64,000 nucleotides of DNA from an uncultured Gemmatimonadales bacterium (GTDB lineage Bacteria > Gemmatimonadota > Gemmatimonadetes > Longimicrobiales > Gaopeijiaceae), in the NCBI GenBank assembly GCA_963809895.1, contig CAWELD010000003.1:1056001-1120000 (forward strand), read 5' to 3'. Under the pieces are notes generated by a model, which was not told the DNA's origin, did no database searches, and was given only the letters and a program-made list of their open reading frames with translations. This document shows, in pieces, positions 39,332 through 50,100 of the stretch. The translations under genes were made by a program, and so were the position numbers. Position 1 is the stretch's first letter, and each line of letters starts with the position of its first letter.

Positions 39332-40078
39332 TCATGCGGCCACGTCGGCCGGCCCGAGCACCCCGTCCTCCAGTCGGAGGATCCGGTCTGCGCGACGGGC
39401 CAACTCCAGATTGTGGGTCACCAGAACCATGGAGAGGTTCCGCTGTTCCCGAACCGAGAACAGTACGTCGTGGAGGTGCTCGCTGGTGTGGTGATCCAGA
39501 TTGCCCGAGGGCTCGTCGGCCAGAAGCACCAGCGGATCGTTGGCCAGTGCCCGCGCCACGGCCACCCGCTGCTGCTCGCCGCCGGACAGCTCCCGGGGCT
39601 TGTGCTCGGCGCGGGCGGCGAGGCCCACCGCTTCGAGAAGGCTCGCCGCCGCACCCCGGGCGTCGGCGACGGTGGCGCCGCCGATGAGCCGCGGCATCAT
39701 GACGTTTTCCAGAGCCGTGAACTCCCGGAGCAGGTGGTGGAACTGGAAGACGAATCCCACGTGACGATTGCGGACCGCCGCCAGCTCCGGATCCGACAGC
39801 CGGGACACGGCGCGACCGCCCACCAGGACCTCGCCCTCGGTGGGCCGGTCCAGGGCACCGAGCAGGTGGAGGAAGGTGGACTTCCCCGCCCCGCTGGCGC
39901 CGATGATCGCCACGGCCTCGCCGGGCTCCACGCGCAGGTCCACGCCCTGCAGCACCGTGAGCTGTCGGCCTCCCGTGGTGGCGTAGCTGCGGTGCACGTT
40001 CACCGCCTCCAGGGGCGCCGGGGCCGCCGGGGTGGGCGGCGGCGGCACGGCGTCCTGCTCGCGCACGGCCTCACTCAT
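39332..40078 (-). CDS. lolD: Lipoprotein-releasing ABC ATPase
   Basis: GASGAGKST, FVFQFHHLL, LSGGEQQR. Confidence 0.88.
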   Translation of the reverse strand: MSEAVREQDAVPPPPTPAAPAPLEAVNVHRSYATTGGRQLTVLQGVDLRVEPGEAVAIIGASGAGKSTFLHLLGALDRPTEGEVLVGGRAVSRLSDPELAAVRNRHVGFVFQFHHLLREFTALENVMMPRLIGGATVADARGAAASLLEAVGLAARAEHKPRELSGGEQQRVAVARALANDPLVLLADEPSGNLDHHTSEHLHDVLFSVREQRNLSMVLVTHNLELARRADRILRLEDGVLGPADVAA

Positions 40079-41318
40079 GGCGGATGGCCTCCACCGGCTC
40101 CAGGCGAGCGGCCTGGAGCGACGGATAGATGGTGGCGGCGAACGCGATGACGACGCTCCCCAGCACGATGGTGAGCACGTCGCCCGCCTGGAGCGAGACC
40201 GGCAGGTGGTCCACGAAGTAGACCTCCGGCGGGATGGGAATCACGCGGTAGCGGTCCAGGATCCAGCACAGGACCAGACCCAGGCCGGTACCCAGCACGG
40301 TGCCCACGATGCCGATCCACGCGCCCTGAAGGACGAAGACCCGCAGAATGCCGCGGTCGGTCATCCCCATGGACTTGAGGATCCCGATCTCTCGCGTGCG
40401 GTCGGCCACCACCATGACCAGGGTGCTGACGATGTTGAAGGCCGCCACGATGACGATGAGGAAGAGGATCACCAGCATGGCCAGCTTCTCCAGCTTGAGC
40501 GCGCTGAAGAGCTGCCGGTTGGTGGTGACCCAGCTCTGGACGACGTAGGGGAATTTCAGCCGGGCCTGGAGGTCTTCGGCGATGGCCTGTGCCTGCTCGG
40601 GATCGTCCGTCTGGATGCCCACGCCGGAAACCTCGTCGTTCCGCGCCAGACCCAGGAGCTTCTGGGCATCGGGAAGGCGCGCGTAGACGTTGTTGGTGTC
40701 GTAGTCGTACATCCCGGTGGTGAAGGTGCCCGTGACCTCGAAGGCCCCCAGCGCCGGCGACGGGATCCCCGTGGCCGCCGACGTCTGGATGTTCTCCAGC
40801 GCGATGACGGTGAGGGTGTCGCCCACGAAGATCTGCATGCGGCTGGCCAGGCCGCTCCCCAGCAGGAGTGGCGGTAGGCCCGACGGCGGAGGCTCCAGGT
40901 CGTAGAGCCCCGACAGGATCTGCTCCTCCAGCACGGTGCCCCCGGCGATGGCCGAGTCCGTGGGGATTCCGTACAGGTCGGCCGCCTGGGCGTACTCGCC
41001 GCGCTTGAGGGCGACCTTGGTGAGGATGAAGGGCGACGCCGAGCGCACGCCTTCGGTGGCCCGAGCCGAGTCCATCACGGCCCGCCAGTCACGCATGCGG
41101 AGCGCACTGCCCTGCTCCAGCACCAGGATGTGGGCGTTGGCCGACAGGATCTTCTCGCGCAGGTCCTTCTGCATCCCCGTCATGACGCCGATCACCACGA
41201 TGAGCGCGGTCACCCCCACGGTGACGCCGCCCAGCGCGATCCAGGTGATGAAGGAGAGCAGGCGCCCCCCCTTGCGGGCGGACAGATACCGGCGGGCGAT
41301 GTACCAGTCGAGCTTCAT
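40071..41318 (-). CDS. Lipoprotein-releasing ABC permease LolC/E
   Basis: IARRYL, FTTGMYDYD, AFNIVSTL..VV, REIGILKSMG. Confidence 0.9.
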   Translation of the reverse strand: MKLDWYIARRYLSARKGGRLLSFITWIALGGVTVGVTALIVVIGVMTGMQKDLREKILSANAHILVLEQGSALRMRDWRAVMDSARATEGVRSASPFILTKVALKRGEYAQAADLYGIPTDSAIAGGTVLEEQILSGLYDLEPPPSGLPPLLLGSGLASRMQIFVGDTLTVIALENIQTSAATGIPSPALGAFEVTGTFTTGMYDYDTNNVYARLPDAQKLLGLARNDEVSGVGIQTDDPEQAQAIAEDLQARLKFPYVVQSWVTTNRQLFSALKLEKLAMLVILFLIVIVAAFNIVSTLVMVVADRTREIGILKSMGMTDRGILRVFVLQGAWIGIVGTVLGTGLGLVLCWILDRYRVIPIPPEVYFVDHLPVSLQAGDVLTIVLGSVVIAFAATIYPSLQAARLEPVEAIRHE

Positions 41319-41347
41319 CGGAGCCCCTCGCCCGGTGCGCGCCACGG

Positions 41348-42876
41348 CTACTCGTCGTCCCGTAGCACGGGAAACAGGATGACGTCGCGGATGGAGGCCT
41401 GGTCCGTGAGCATCATGGTCAGACGGTCCACGCCCATGCCCAGCCCGCCCGTGGGCGGCATGCCGTATTCCAGCGCCCGGATGTAGTCCTCGTCCACCTG
41501 GTGCGCCTCCTCGTCGCCCCCGGCCCTGAGCGCGGCCTGCGCCTCGAAGCGCCGGCGCTGGTCCCGGGGATCGTTGAGCTCGCTGAAGGCGTTGGCCAGT
41601 TCGGTGCCGTGCACATAGAGCTCGAAGCGCTCCACCACGCCCGGATCGCTGCGATGGGGCTTGGCCAGGGGGCTCAGCTCCAGCGGATGGTCCAGCACGA
41701 AGGTGGGCTGCAGGAGCGAGGGCTCCACCAGGGCTCCGAAGAGTTTGTCCAGAAGCTTGCCCCGTCCCGCCCCTCCGAGATCCGGGAGCTTGAGCTCCTC
41801 GGCCCGCCGACGCAGCTCGGCATCGGACAACTCGGCCGGGTCGGCCCCCAGACTCTCCCCAGCGCTTGCAGGAAGCGAACCCGCGGAAACGGCGGCTCGA
41901 AGCGGATCTCCGTGCCCTGGTACTCCAGCGCGCGCCCCCCGGTCACCGCCTCCACCACGTGCACGACCATGCGCTCCGTGAAGTCCATCAGGTCGTGGTA
42001 GTCCACGTAGGCCTGGTAGAACTCCAGCATGGTGAATTCGGGGTTGTGGAAGCGGTCGATGCCTTCGTTGCGGAAGTCCTTGGCGATCTCGTAGACCGCC
42101 TCGAACCCGCCCACGATGAGCCGCTTCAGGTAGAGCTCGTCGGCGATGCGCAGGTACATCTCCCGGTCCAGCGCATGGTGACGGGTGACGAACGGCCTGG
42201 CCGCGGCCCCGCCGTAGAGCGGCTGCAGCGCCGGCGTCTCCACCTCCAGGAATCCCTCCCCGTCGAGAAAGCGCCTCAGCTCGGCGATGATCCGGCTGCG
42301 GGTGCGGAAGACCTCGCGCACCTCGGGATTCACGGCCAGATCGGCGTACCGCTGCCGGTAGCGGCTCTCGGTGTCGGAGAAGCCCGAGTGCACCACCCGC
42401 TCGCCCGTGTCGGGATCCACCTCGACCTTGCCGAAGGGGAGCGGACGGAGCGACTTGGTGAGCAGCTCCCAACCCTCGACCCGTACCGTCACCTCCCCCA
42501 TGCGCGTGCGGAACACCGGGCCTTCCACCCCGATCCAGTCGCCCAGGTCGAGGCTCTCCAACCGCTGGAACGACTCCTCGCCCAGTACGTCCTTGCGGAA
42601 GTAGAGCTGGAGGCGTCCGTGGCCGTCTTCCAGGTTGGCGAAGGCGCTCTTGCCGTGCCCGCGCCAGGCCGTCAGACGCCCGGCGATCCGGACGTGCTCC
42701 CCGTGGCCGTCCTCGGGCAGCGCGCCCGCCGATTCGGCGTCTTCGAACGCCTCGAGGGCCGACACCGTCGTGTGGGTGCGCTGGAACCGGTAGGCGTAGG
42801 GCAGCGTGCCCTCGTCCAGAAGCGCTTCCAGCTTCTGGATACGGGCGCGAAGGAGCTGGTTCAGGTCTTCGGTCAT
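41348..42876 (-). CDS. lysS: Lysine--tRNA ligase (class II), apparent frameshift at 41857-41860
   Basis: [26 protein letters not shown] in one frame; [13 protein letters not shown] in another; junction in a G run. Confidence 0.93.
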
Positions 42877-43983
42877 GCCGCGGTCTGGGCTCCGAACTGC
42901 TTCAGATAGGCTTCGATGAAGGGATCGAGGTCACCGTCCATGACCGCGTGTACGTCCGATTCCTTCAGCTCCGTACGATGGTCGTTGACCATGGTGTAGG
43001 GCTGGAAGACGTAGGAGCGGATCTGATGGCCCCAGGCGATATCGGTCTTGGTGGCCTCCATGGCGGCCTTCTCCTTCTCGCGCTCCTCGACCTCGCGTTG
43101 GTAGAGGGCGGCCTTGAGCATCTTCATGGCCGTCGCGCGGTTCTTGTGCTGGGAGCGCTCCTGCTGGCAGGAGACCACGATGCCGGTGGGCTCGTGGGTG
43201 ATGCGGATGGCCGAGTCCGTCTTGTTGACGTGCTGGCCGCCGGCTCCCGAGGCCCGGAAGGTGTCGATGCGGAGATCCCCCTCGTCGATCTCCACCTCGA
43301 TCTCGTCGTCCACGAGCGGATACACGAAGACGCTGGCGAAGGACGTGTGCCGCCGAGCCTGCGCGTCGAAGGGCGAGATGCGCACGAGGCGGTGGACGCC
43401 CTTCTCCGCCTTCAGGTACCCGTAGGCGTAGTCCCCCTTGATTTCCAGCGTGGCACCCTTGATGCCGGCCTCTTCGCCGGGCTGGAGATCCAGCACCGAC
43501 ACGGTGAACCCGTGCCGCTCCGCCCAACGCGTGTACATGCGGGTGAGCATCTCGGCCCAGTCCTGGGACTCCAGGCCCCCGGCGCCGGGCTGCACCGTCA
43601 GGATCGCGTCCCGGACGTCGTCTTCGCCCTGGAGCATGGTCCTGAGCTCCAGGTCCTCGAGGAGGGCCTCGGCGGTGTCCAGCTCGGACAGCCACTCGGC
43701 CTCCATCTCGGCGTCGGGCTCCGCCTCCAGCAGCTCCGCGAGCTCGCGCAGCGTCGCCGTCTTGTCCCTGGCCTTCGTCCACGGCTCGATCCAGCCCTTG
43801 AGCCGATTGGCCTCGGCGATCACCTCCCGGGCACGCTCCTGATTGTCCCAGAAGCCCGGTTCCGCCATGCGTGCCTCGAGCTGCTCGAGGCGAGGCTCAC
43901 GGTGATCCAGGTCAAAGATACCTCCTGAGCTCGGAGACCTGGCTCTCCGCCGTGGACAGACGATCCAGCGCTTCGGTGTGCAT
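42873..43983 (-). CDS. prfB: Peptide chain release factor 2, programmed +1 frameshift
   Basis: SPF and GGQ motifs; AGGAGG-TAT-CTT-TGA-C at 43926-43911. Confidence 0.97.
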
Positions 43984-44154
43984 GACGACCCGCGGAAGTA
44001 GGGGGGATGACCGTCACATGCGAAAAGGCCGCCCGTCTCGACGGACGGCCTCCAGGCTTGTCGACGACTCGGCCCAATATAACCGGAAATTCGCAACCCC
44101 CTCAACCGGCGCGCGTGCGGAGGCAGCAAGCGCGCACAGGGGCGTCCCGAAGGG

Positions 44155-45036
44155 TCAGAAGACCTCGCGCCCCCGGGCCAGCAGGTCGTTGAGGGCGTCC
44201 TTCCAGTAGGAGGTGTCGCGGGCGATGTCGGAGCCCACCTGGTCGACGTATTCGGCCCAGGACTTCCGGATCTCCTCGTCGAAGTCTTCCTGGAGCGTGT
44301 CGTTCTCCAGCGCCCGCAGATAACGCTCCGGGTTGTACGTGATGATGTCCGACACCAGCACCCGGGCCAGGCGGCGCGCCTTCTCGTGGGGGTCGCGCTT
44401 GCCGAACTGGAACGCACTGGGAAGGGGGGATGGCTCGGCCTCGGGCGCGGCCTCCTGCACCTCCTCCTCGACGATCCAGTCCGCCTCGGTCTCGACCGTC
44501 CAGACGTCCTCCCGGGCCGACGTGGGTGTCGGCTCGGGCTCCGGCTCGGCCGCCTCCACCGCCTCGGGGCTCGGCGTGGCCTCCTGCTCCGGGACCAGAT
44601 CCACATTCCACTGCTCGAAGTCCGGCGACGCCTCCGCGGAAGCCGACTCCTCCATGTTCGCGGCTTCTTCGGGGGATTCCTCCACGGCTTCCGTGCCTGC
44701 GGTCTCCTCGACCGTGGAGACATCCTCGGGTGACCACACGTCCTCCACGGTCCCGGCCGCGGTCTCGGTCACCTCTTCGCTCTCGGCCACACCGGACCAG
44801 GGCTCAGGGCTGAACTCCGGCTCGGGCCCCGCTTCAGGGAACGAGGCGGCGCCCAGGCGGTCGGCGGTGGGCTCGGGATGCTCGAGCTCCGCGGTCAGGT
44901 CGAGCGTGGGATCCTCCACCTGGAAGATCCCCCCGCACACGCTGCAGCGGGCGCGCACTCCACCGGCGGGAACCTTGCCGGGATCGACGGGAAACGATGT
45001 GTGGCACGCGCTGCATTCGACGGCGAGGACGGTCAT
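44155..45036 (-). CDS. Zinc-ribbon (MJ0042-like) protein with acidic linker
   Basis: CSAC...CSVC N-terminus; E/P-rich linker; helical C-terminal domain ARRLARVLVSDI. Confidence 0.85.
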   Translation of the reverse strand: MTVLAVECSACHTSFPVDPGKVPAGGVRARCSVCGGIFQVEDPTLDLTAELEHPEPTADRLGAASFPEAGPEPEFSPEPWSGVAESEEVTETAAGTVEDVWSPEDVSTVEETAGTEAVEESPEEAANMEESASAEASPDFEQWNVDLVPEQEATPSPEAVEAAEPEPEPTPTSAREDVWTVETEADWIVEEEVQEAAPEAEPSPLPSAFQFGKRDPHEKARRLARVLVSDIITYNPERYLRALENDTLQEDFDEEIRKSWAEYVDQVGSDIARDTSYWKDALNDLLARGREVF

Positions 45037-45062
45037 GGAGACTGGTCGTTGAGGTGGGTCCT

Positions 45063-46058
45063 TCAGCCCTCGTGGAGGGCCACGATCCGGGCGGCGCGCG
45101 GGTCGCGCCGACTGCTGCCTTCATTCCCCTGGCGACGATCGACCACGTACTTCGATCCCGGGAGGGACTTGGCGTAGCTCTTCATCTCGGCGGCCAACTC
45201 GCTCACCTGCCCCGTGTGCGTGAAGGGATGCAGCTGATTGGTGACCACACCGACGGACACGGTCATGAGCGGGACGCGGTGCACGTTGCCCCGCCGATCC
45301 TTGCCGAGGAAGTACCCCGCGCGGCGATCCTCCTCGGTGTACTGATAGGGGATGAGCTCGTCGAAGAGCGTGACGATCTCGTCGCAACAACGTTCGAGGG
45401 CCTCCATGGGCACGTTGTAGATGAAGTCGTCACCCCCGATGTGGCCCACGAAGCCCGTGGGCGCCAACGCCCGCACCACGTCCCGAAGGATGCGCGACAG
45501 GAGCAGGATCACCTTGTCGCCGGCATTGTAGCCGTAGCGATCGTTGAACTCCTTGAAGTGATCCAGGTCGGCGTAGCAGACCGCGAACGGACTGCCGGCC
45601 TCCATGCGCTCGAGCATGTCGCGCTCGATCTGCACCGTGCCCGGGAGCCGGGTGGTCGGATGGACCGAGACGTCACGGGCCGCCCGCCGCAACACGAGCT
45701 CCATGCGCAGCGACCACTCCCGCTCCGGGATCCCGTCCTCCAGCACCTCGTCGGCACCCGCCTGCAGGGCATCGGCGCCCATGTCCCGCTCCTCGGGAGG
45801 CACCACCACGACGATGGGCACGATGGCCGTGAAGGAATCGTTCTTCAGCTCCCGGGTGAGATCGAGGACCTCACGGGGCCCCGCCGCGGCGTCGAAGACG
45901 AGACAGGCCGGAAAGGACCGGTTCATGAGCTGGCGCACGCCGTCCATGGTGCCCACGACCAGATGACGGAGGCCGTGAGCAGCGCAGAATTCGGCGACTC
46001 TGCGGTGCGAGCGTGGTCGGTCCGGGCCGTAGAAGGCGAGGGTCCGGGCAGGTGGCAT
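45063..46058 (-). CDS. Diguanylate cyclase with degenerate REC-like N-terminus
   Basis: DLDHFKEFNDRYG..GD, GHIGGDDF. Confidence 0.9.
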   Translation of the reverse strand: MPPARTLAFYGPDRPRSHRRVAEFCAAHGLRHLVVGTMDGVRQLMNRSFPACLVFDAAAGPREVLDLTRELKNDSFTAIVPIVVVVPPEERDMGADALQAGADEVLEDGIPEREWSLRMELVLRRAARDVSVHPTTRLPGTVQIERDMLERMEAGSPFAVCYADLDHFKEFNDRYGYNAGDKVILLLSRILRDVVRALAPTGFVGHIGGDDFIYNVPMEALERCCDEIVTLFDELIPYQYTEEDRRAGYFLGKDRRGNVHRVPLMTVSVGVVTNQLHPFTHTGQVSELAAEMKSYAKSLPGSKYVVDRRQGNEGSSRRDPRAARIVALHEG

Positions 46059-46112
46059 GCGGTTCCGGGTCGGCGAGTGAGCGTCGATGGTATCCCCTGT
46101 CTTTGAAAGGTG

Positions 46113-48245
46113 TCAAACCCCGGCCGACGGCGGGAGGGTCCTGACCAGCACGAAGTCCACGTGACGCTCCTGCTTGTCCACCCGGGCCACCTGGATTCGC
46201 ACCCGATCACCCAACCGAAAGCGCCGTCCGCGGCGCGATCCCACCAACGCGTACTCCTGCTCGCGGAACTCGTAGTAGTCGTCCTCGAGGCTGTTCACGT
46301 GCACCAGCCCTTCGACGAAGTAGTCGTCGAGGAGGACGAAGCATCCGAAACTGGTCACTCCCGAGACCGTTCCTTCGAACTCCTCGCCCAGGTGGCGCTC
46401 CATGAACTCGATCTTCTTGAGCTCGACGCTGTCGCGCTCGGCCTGAGCCGCGGCCTGCTCGCGAAACGAGCTCCTGTCCGCGACCTCCTCCAGGTCGTCG
46501 GCCCAGGACTCGGGCACCGCGCGGCCCTCCACCAGCGCCCGTACCACCACGCGGTGGGTCACCAGGTCCGGGTAGCGACGGATGGGCGAGGTGAAGTGGC
46601 AGTAGAATTCCGCTGCCAACCCGAAGTGCCCCAGGTTCTCGGGGCTGTAGCGGGCCCGCTGCATGGACCGGAGAATCACCGTGCTCACCAGATTTTCTTC
46701 GGGCTTGCCCTCCACCCGGTCGAGGACCGCCTGGAGATGAGCCGGCTTCACCTTGCCCTTGGGCAGCGTATGGCCGAGCGAGGCCAGGAATTCGCGCAGG
46801 GACTCCATCTTCTCGCGCGTGGGTGGCTCGTGCACCCGGTAGAGGATGGGGAGCTTACGAGCCGACGCCTCGCGGGCCACGATTTCGTTGGCCATCAGCA
46901 TGAAGTCCTCGATGAGCCGGTGGCTCGCCAACCGCTGGACGCGGACGATGTCCACCGGAGCTCCCTCGGCATCCAGGATCACGCGCGCCTCGGGCAGGTC
47001 GAAATCGATGGATCCGCGGGACTCCCGGCGGGCCCGCAGGGCGCGGGCCAGCGTATCCAGCGTGCGCAGGTTGTCGTCGGTGGTGGCATCGAGGCGAGAC
47101 GAGCCGTCCAACACCTGCTGGACCTCCTCGTAGGCCAGGCGCCGTCGGCTGCGGAGGACCGTGCGGGCGAAGCGGTGCTCGCGCACGCGTCCCTCGGCGT
47201 CGAGGGTGGCGAAGAGACTCACCGCGAGCCGGTCCTCGTCGGGGCGCAGCGAGCAGGCGTCGGACGAAAGCGCATGGGGGAGCATGGGGACCACCCGGTC
47301 CACCAGGTAGACGCTGGTGCCCCGATTGAGCGCCTCCAGATCGACGGTACCGCCGTGGGGCACATAGGCCCCCACGTCGGCGATGTGAACGCCCACCTCC
47401 CAGAGCCCCTCCCCCAGGACTTTCACAGACAGGGCGTCGTCGTGGTCCTTGGCGTCGGCCGGATCGATGGTGAACACGTGCAGGTCTCGGATATCCTCGC
47501 GCCCGTCGCCCGGCTCCACGGGCAGCGAGGCGGCCTGCTCCTCGGCGGCCTTCTCGACGGCGGCGGGGAACTCCAGCGGCAGGCCGTGGCCGAAGAGCAC
47601 CGACAGGACGTCCACCCCCGGGTCGGACAGCGCTCCCAGCACGCGTTCCACCTCACCCATGGGGCCGTGGCGCCGCTCGCCGTACGACGTGATACCCACC
47701 ACCACGACGTCGCCGTCCGACGCATCGGCCTCGTCGCCCCACGGGATGAGGATGTCCGGGCCCATCTTGGGGTCCTGGGGGACCACGTAGCCCATCTTCT
47801 TGCCGCGGTGGAAGGTGCCGACGACGGTGGGATGGGCCCGCTCCAGCACCTTGATGACCCTTCCGACGGGATTGCGCCCGCGGGGTCGCCGCTCGATGCG
47901 GACCACCACGCGGTCACCGTCCATGGCGGTGGCCAGATCCGACATGGGCAGGAAGACGTCCTCCTCCGAGGCGTCGTCGACCCGCAGGAAGGCGTCGCCG
48001 GACCGGATCGTGGAGACTCTGCCGCGCACGAGGCTGATGCGGTCCGGAGCCGCGTAGCGTCCTCCCTTGACCCGGTAGACCACGCCCCGCTGCTCCAGGT
48101 CGCGCAGAAGCTCACGGAAGTCGCGGTAGTCCTGACCCGAAACGTCCAGGCTGGAGGCCAGCGCCTTGGGCTTGAGCGGCCCCCGGCTCGAGCCCCGGAG
48201 GGCCTGCAGGATCTTGGATTCGTCGGGAAGTGGCTTGTCGCTCAC
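46113..48245 (-). CDS. rnr: Ribonuclease R
   Basis: TIDP..AKDHDDA, HFGLA, HFTSPIRRYPDL, S1 domain. Confidence 0.95.
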   Translation of the reverse strand: MSDKPLPDESKILQALRGSSRGPLKPKALASSLDVSGQDYRDFRELLRDLEQRGVVYRVKGGRYAAPDRISLVRGRVSTIRSGDAFLRVDDASEEDVFLPMSDLATAMDGDRVVVRIERRPRGRNPVGRVIKVLERAHPTVVGTFHRGKKMGYVVPQDPKMGPDILIPWGDEADASDGDVVVVGITSYGERRHGPMGEVERVLGALSDPGVDVLSVLFGHGLPLEFPAAVEKAAEEQAASLPVEPGDGREDIRDLHVFTIDPADAKDHDDALSVKVLGEGLWEVGVHIADVGAYVPHGGTVDLEALNRGTSVYLVDRVVPMLPHALSSDACSLRPDEDRLAVSLFATLDAEGRVREHRFARTVLRSRRRLAYEEVQQVLDGSSRLDATTDDNLRTLDTLARALRARRESRGSIDFDLPEARVILDAEGAPVDIVRVQRLASHRLIEDFMLMANEIVAREASARKLPILYRVHEPPTREKMESLREFLASLGHTLPKGKVKPAHLQAVLDRVEGKPEENLVSTVILRSMQRARYSPENLGHFGLAAEFYCHFTSPIRRYPDLVTHRVVVRALVEGRAVPESWADDLEEVADRSSFREQAAAQAERDSVELKKIEFMERHLGEEFEGTVSGVTSFGCFVLLDDYFVEGLVHVNSLEDDYYEFREQEYALVGSRRGRRFRLGDRVRIQVARVDKQERHVDFVLVRTLPPSAGV

Positions 48246-48253
48246 GATGGGTC

Positions 48254-49099
48254 TCAGGGTGTGGGAACACGGAGCACGAGCATGGGACGGCGCCGCCCAC
48301 TCCATCCGTCCGGGACCAGGCTCACGCCCAGGCTCACGGGCGACGGTCTGCCCAGTCGCGCCGTCACGTACGCGTCGACGGCGCTGAGCACGTGGTTCGC
48401 CGCCACGGCGACCAACGCCAGCGACGCCCTGCGAAAGCGCTCGTCGCTGTCGTGGATCAGGCCCTGGAAGCGCTCCAGCTCCGCCGACGCCGACGACCAG
48501 TCCCAGGTCAGGGTGTCAGGATAGGCTCGGCGCCGGTAGTAGTCGAGCGCCTCGCCGTAGCCCGGCGCGTCGGGGTCGGCCTCCACGTCTCCGCCCAGGA
48601 AGATGTCCGCGGCGAGCTTCCACTGGGCGCCGTTGTAGGTGTCGGGACGTCGTTCGGGCTCGAGAACCGGCGTGCGCGGGTCCATGTCGAAGCGGCCCGA
48701 GCGCAGCCAATGCGACATGCGCTCGTAGTAGTCGAAATCTCCGTCGACCCGGGGCTCCGGGGCGCCGCGCGCGGTGGACCACGCGAGATCGCGGTAGCCG
48801 TCGCGAAGGCGATACCCGTCGGCGCGAGCGTCGAAGTGCACCACCAGGGCCGCCACCTCCACGCCGGCGAAGATCAGCCAACGTCGGCGACGCTGGAGGA
48901 ACTGCCCGGAGCCGGGCAGGACCGCCGACGCTGCCACTGGCACGCCCAGGGGCAGCGGTCGAGGATCCGGGTCCAGTCCAGGGGTTACCCAACGGGTCCG
49001 CACCATGTCCGGGATCACGCGCGGGCCGGGGGTCTGAGCAGCGAGACGTCCGGTGGACAGAACGACCACGAGGGCGGCCGCGGCCGGGCCGGGTCGCAT
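48254..49099 (-). CDS. Hypothetical exported/membrane protein
   Basis: Signal peptide, SAVLPGSGQ, SAVDAYV; coupled to the upstream gene. Confidence 0.8.
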   Translation of the reverse strand: MRPGPAAAALVVVLSTGRLAAQTPGPRVIPDMVRTRWVTPGLDPDPRPLPLGVPVAASAVLPGSGQFLQRRRRWLIFAGVEVAALVVHFDARADGYRLRDGYRDLAWSTARGAPEPRVDGDFDYYERMSHWLRSGRFDMDPRTPVLEPERRPDTYNGAQWKLAADIFLGGDVEADPDAPGYGEALDYYRRRAYPDTLTWDWSSASAELERFQGLIHDSDERFRRASLALVAVAANHVLSAVDAYVTARLGRPSPVSLGVSLVPDGWSGRRRPMLVLRVPTP

Positions 49100-50100
49100 C
49101 AGAATACGTAGCCGAGCGTCAGGTGAACCGGCTCGGTCTCGCCGTTCAATCCGGTGGAGGCCAGCGACTTGCCGATCCCCAGCTCGAAGCTGTCATAGCG
49201 GAGGCCCACGCCCACGCCGGCGCCGTCCACCTGGAGTTCGGCACCGAACACGTACCCGGCCCGCACCACCAGCGACTGCTCGCCCCCGGCTCCGACCTCG
49301 GCGCCCACGTAGGTGGCGGGCGATCCTGGATCCCTCCAGCGCTCTTCCAACTCGACCGAGATCAGCGCGTGGAGCAGCGGGTCGTCGACGAAGTGACGGA
49401 GCACGTCGTAGGCGGCCCCCACCCGAAGCCGCGTCGGCTGCGGGTCGGACTGCTCCGCATTGATGAACTGAATCGAAGGGCCCGCATGCACGATGGCCGC
49501 ACCCAACCTCAGAGGAAGGCCCGCAACGTCGCGCCATTGCAACCCGGCATCCACCGAGTAGGTCGTGGCGGTGACGCCGGCATCGTTGCACTGACCCCGG
49601 CAGGTGATCCGTTGTTGGACCAGCTTGAGATTCACGCCGAGCGACACGGCTGACACCACTTCCGAGGCTACGGAAAGGATGCCCAGGTGATCCCGGAAGG
49701 AGACGTTGCCGAGCACGTTGCCGTTGTTGTCCCTGAGCTCGACGTCGGCTACGTCGGTGAGCTGATACGACAGGCCGACCACCCCCAGATTCGGGCGCGG
49801 GAAGAGAAAGCTCACCCCTGTCGCCTGCCCCGAGATGTCCTCGCCGCGCAAGAGCAGGGCTCGCCCCTCGGTCACCGTGCCGAGGCCCGCCGGATTCCAC
49901 CACACCGACTCGGGACCGTCGAGGGCGGTCATGGCCCGACCGAGGGCTATGCCGCGGGCGCCGACCGGCAGCAGGAGAAAGAGCGCCCCCTCGGAGGCCG
50001 ACGAGACGTCCTCCTCGTCCTGCGCGCGTAGCGGAGCGGGCATGAGCACCCCGCTCAGCGCCGCGACCATCAGACCGCTCAAGAGCACCCGTCTGATCAT
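49099..50100 (-). CDS. PorV/PorQ-like outer-membrane beta-barrel
   Basis: FLLLPVGARGIALG, WNPAGL, C-terminal LTLGYVF. Confidence 0.8.
   Translation of the reverse strand: MIRRVLLSGLMVAALSGVLMPAPLRAQDEEDVSSASEGALFLLLPVGARGIALGRAMTALDGPESVWWNPAGLGTVTEGRALLLRGEDISGQATGVSFLFPRPNLGVVGLSYQLTDVADVELRDNNGNVLGNVSFRDHLGILSVASEVVSAVSLGVNLKLVQQRITCRGQCNDAGVTATTYSVDAGLQWRDVAGLPLRLGAAIVHAGPSIQFINAEQSDPQPTRLRVGAAYDVLRHFVDDPLLHALISVELEERWRDPGSPATYVGAEVGAGGEQSLVVRAGYVFGAELQVDGAGVGVGLRYDSFELGIGKSLASTGLNGETEPVHLTLGYVF

Noticed and set aside
45063..46058. GGDDF instead of GGDEF
   Set aside because: A common variant of the family; not unusual by itself.
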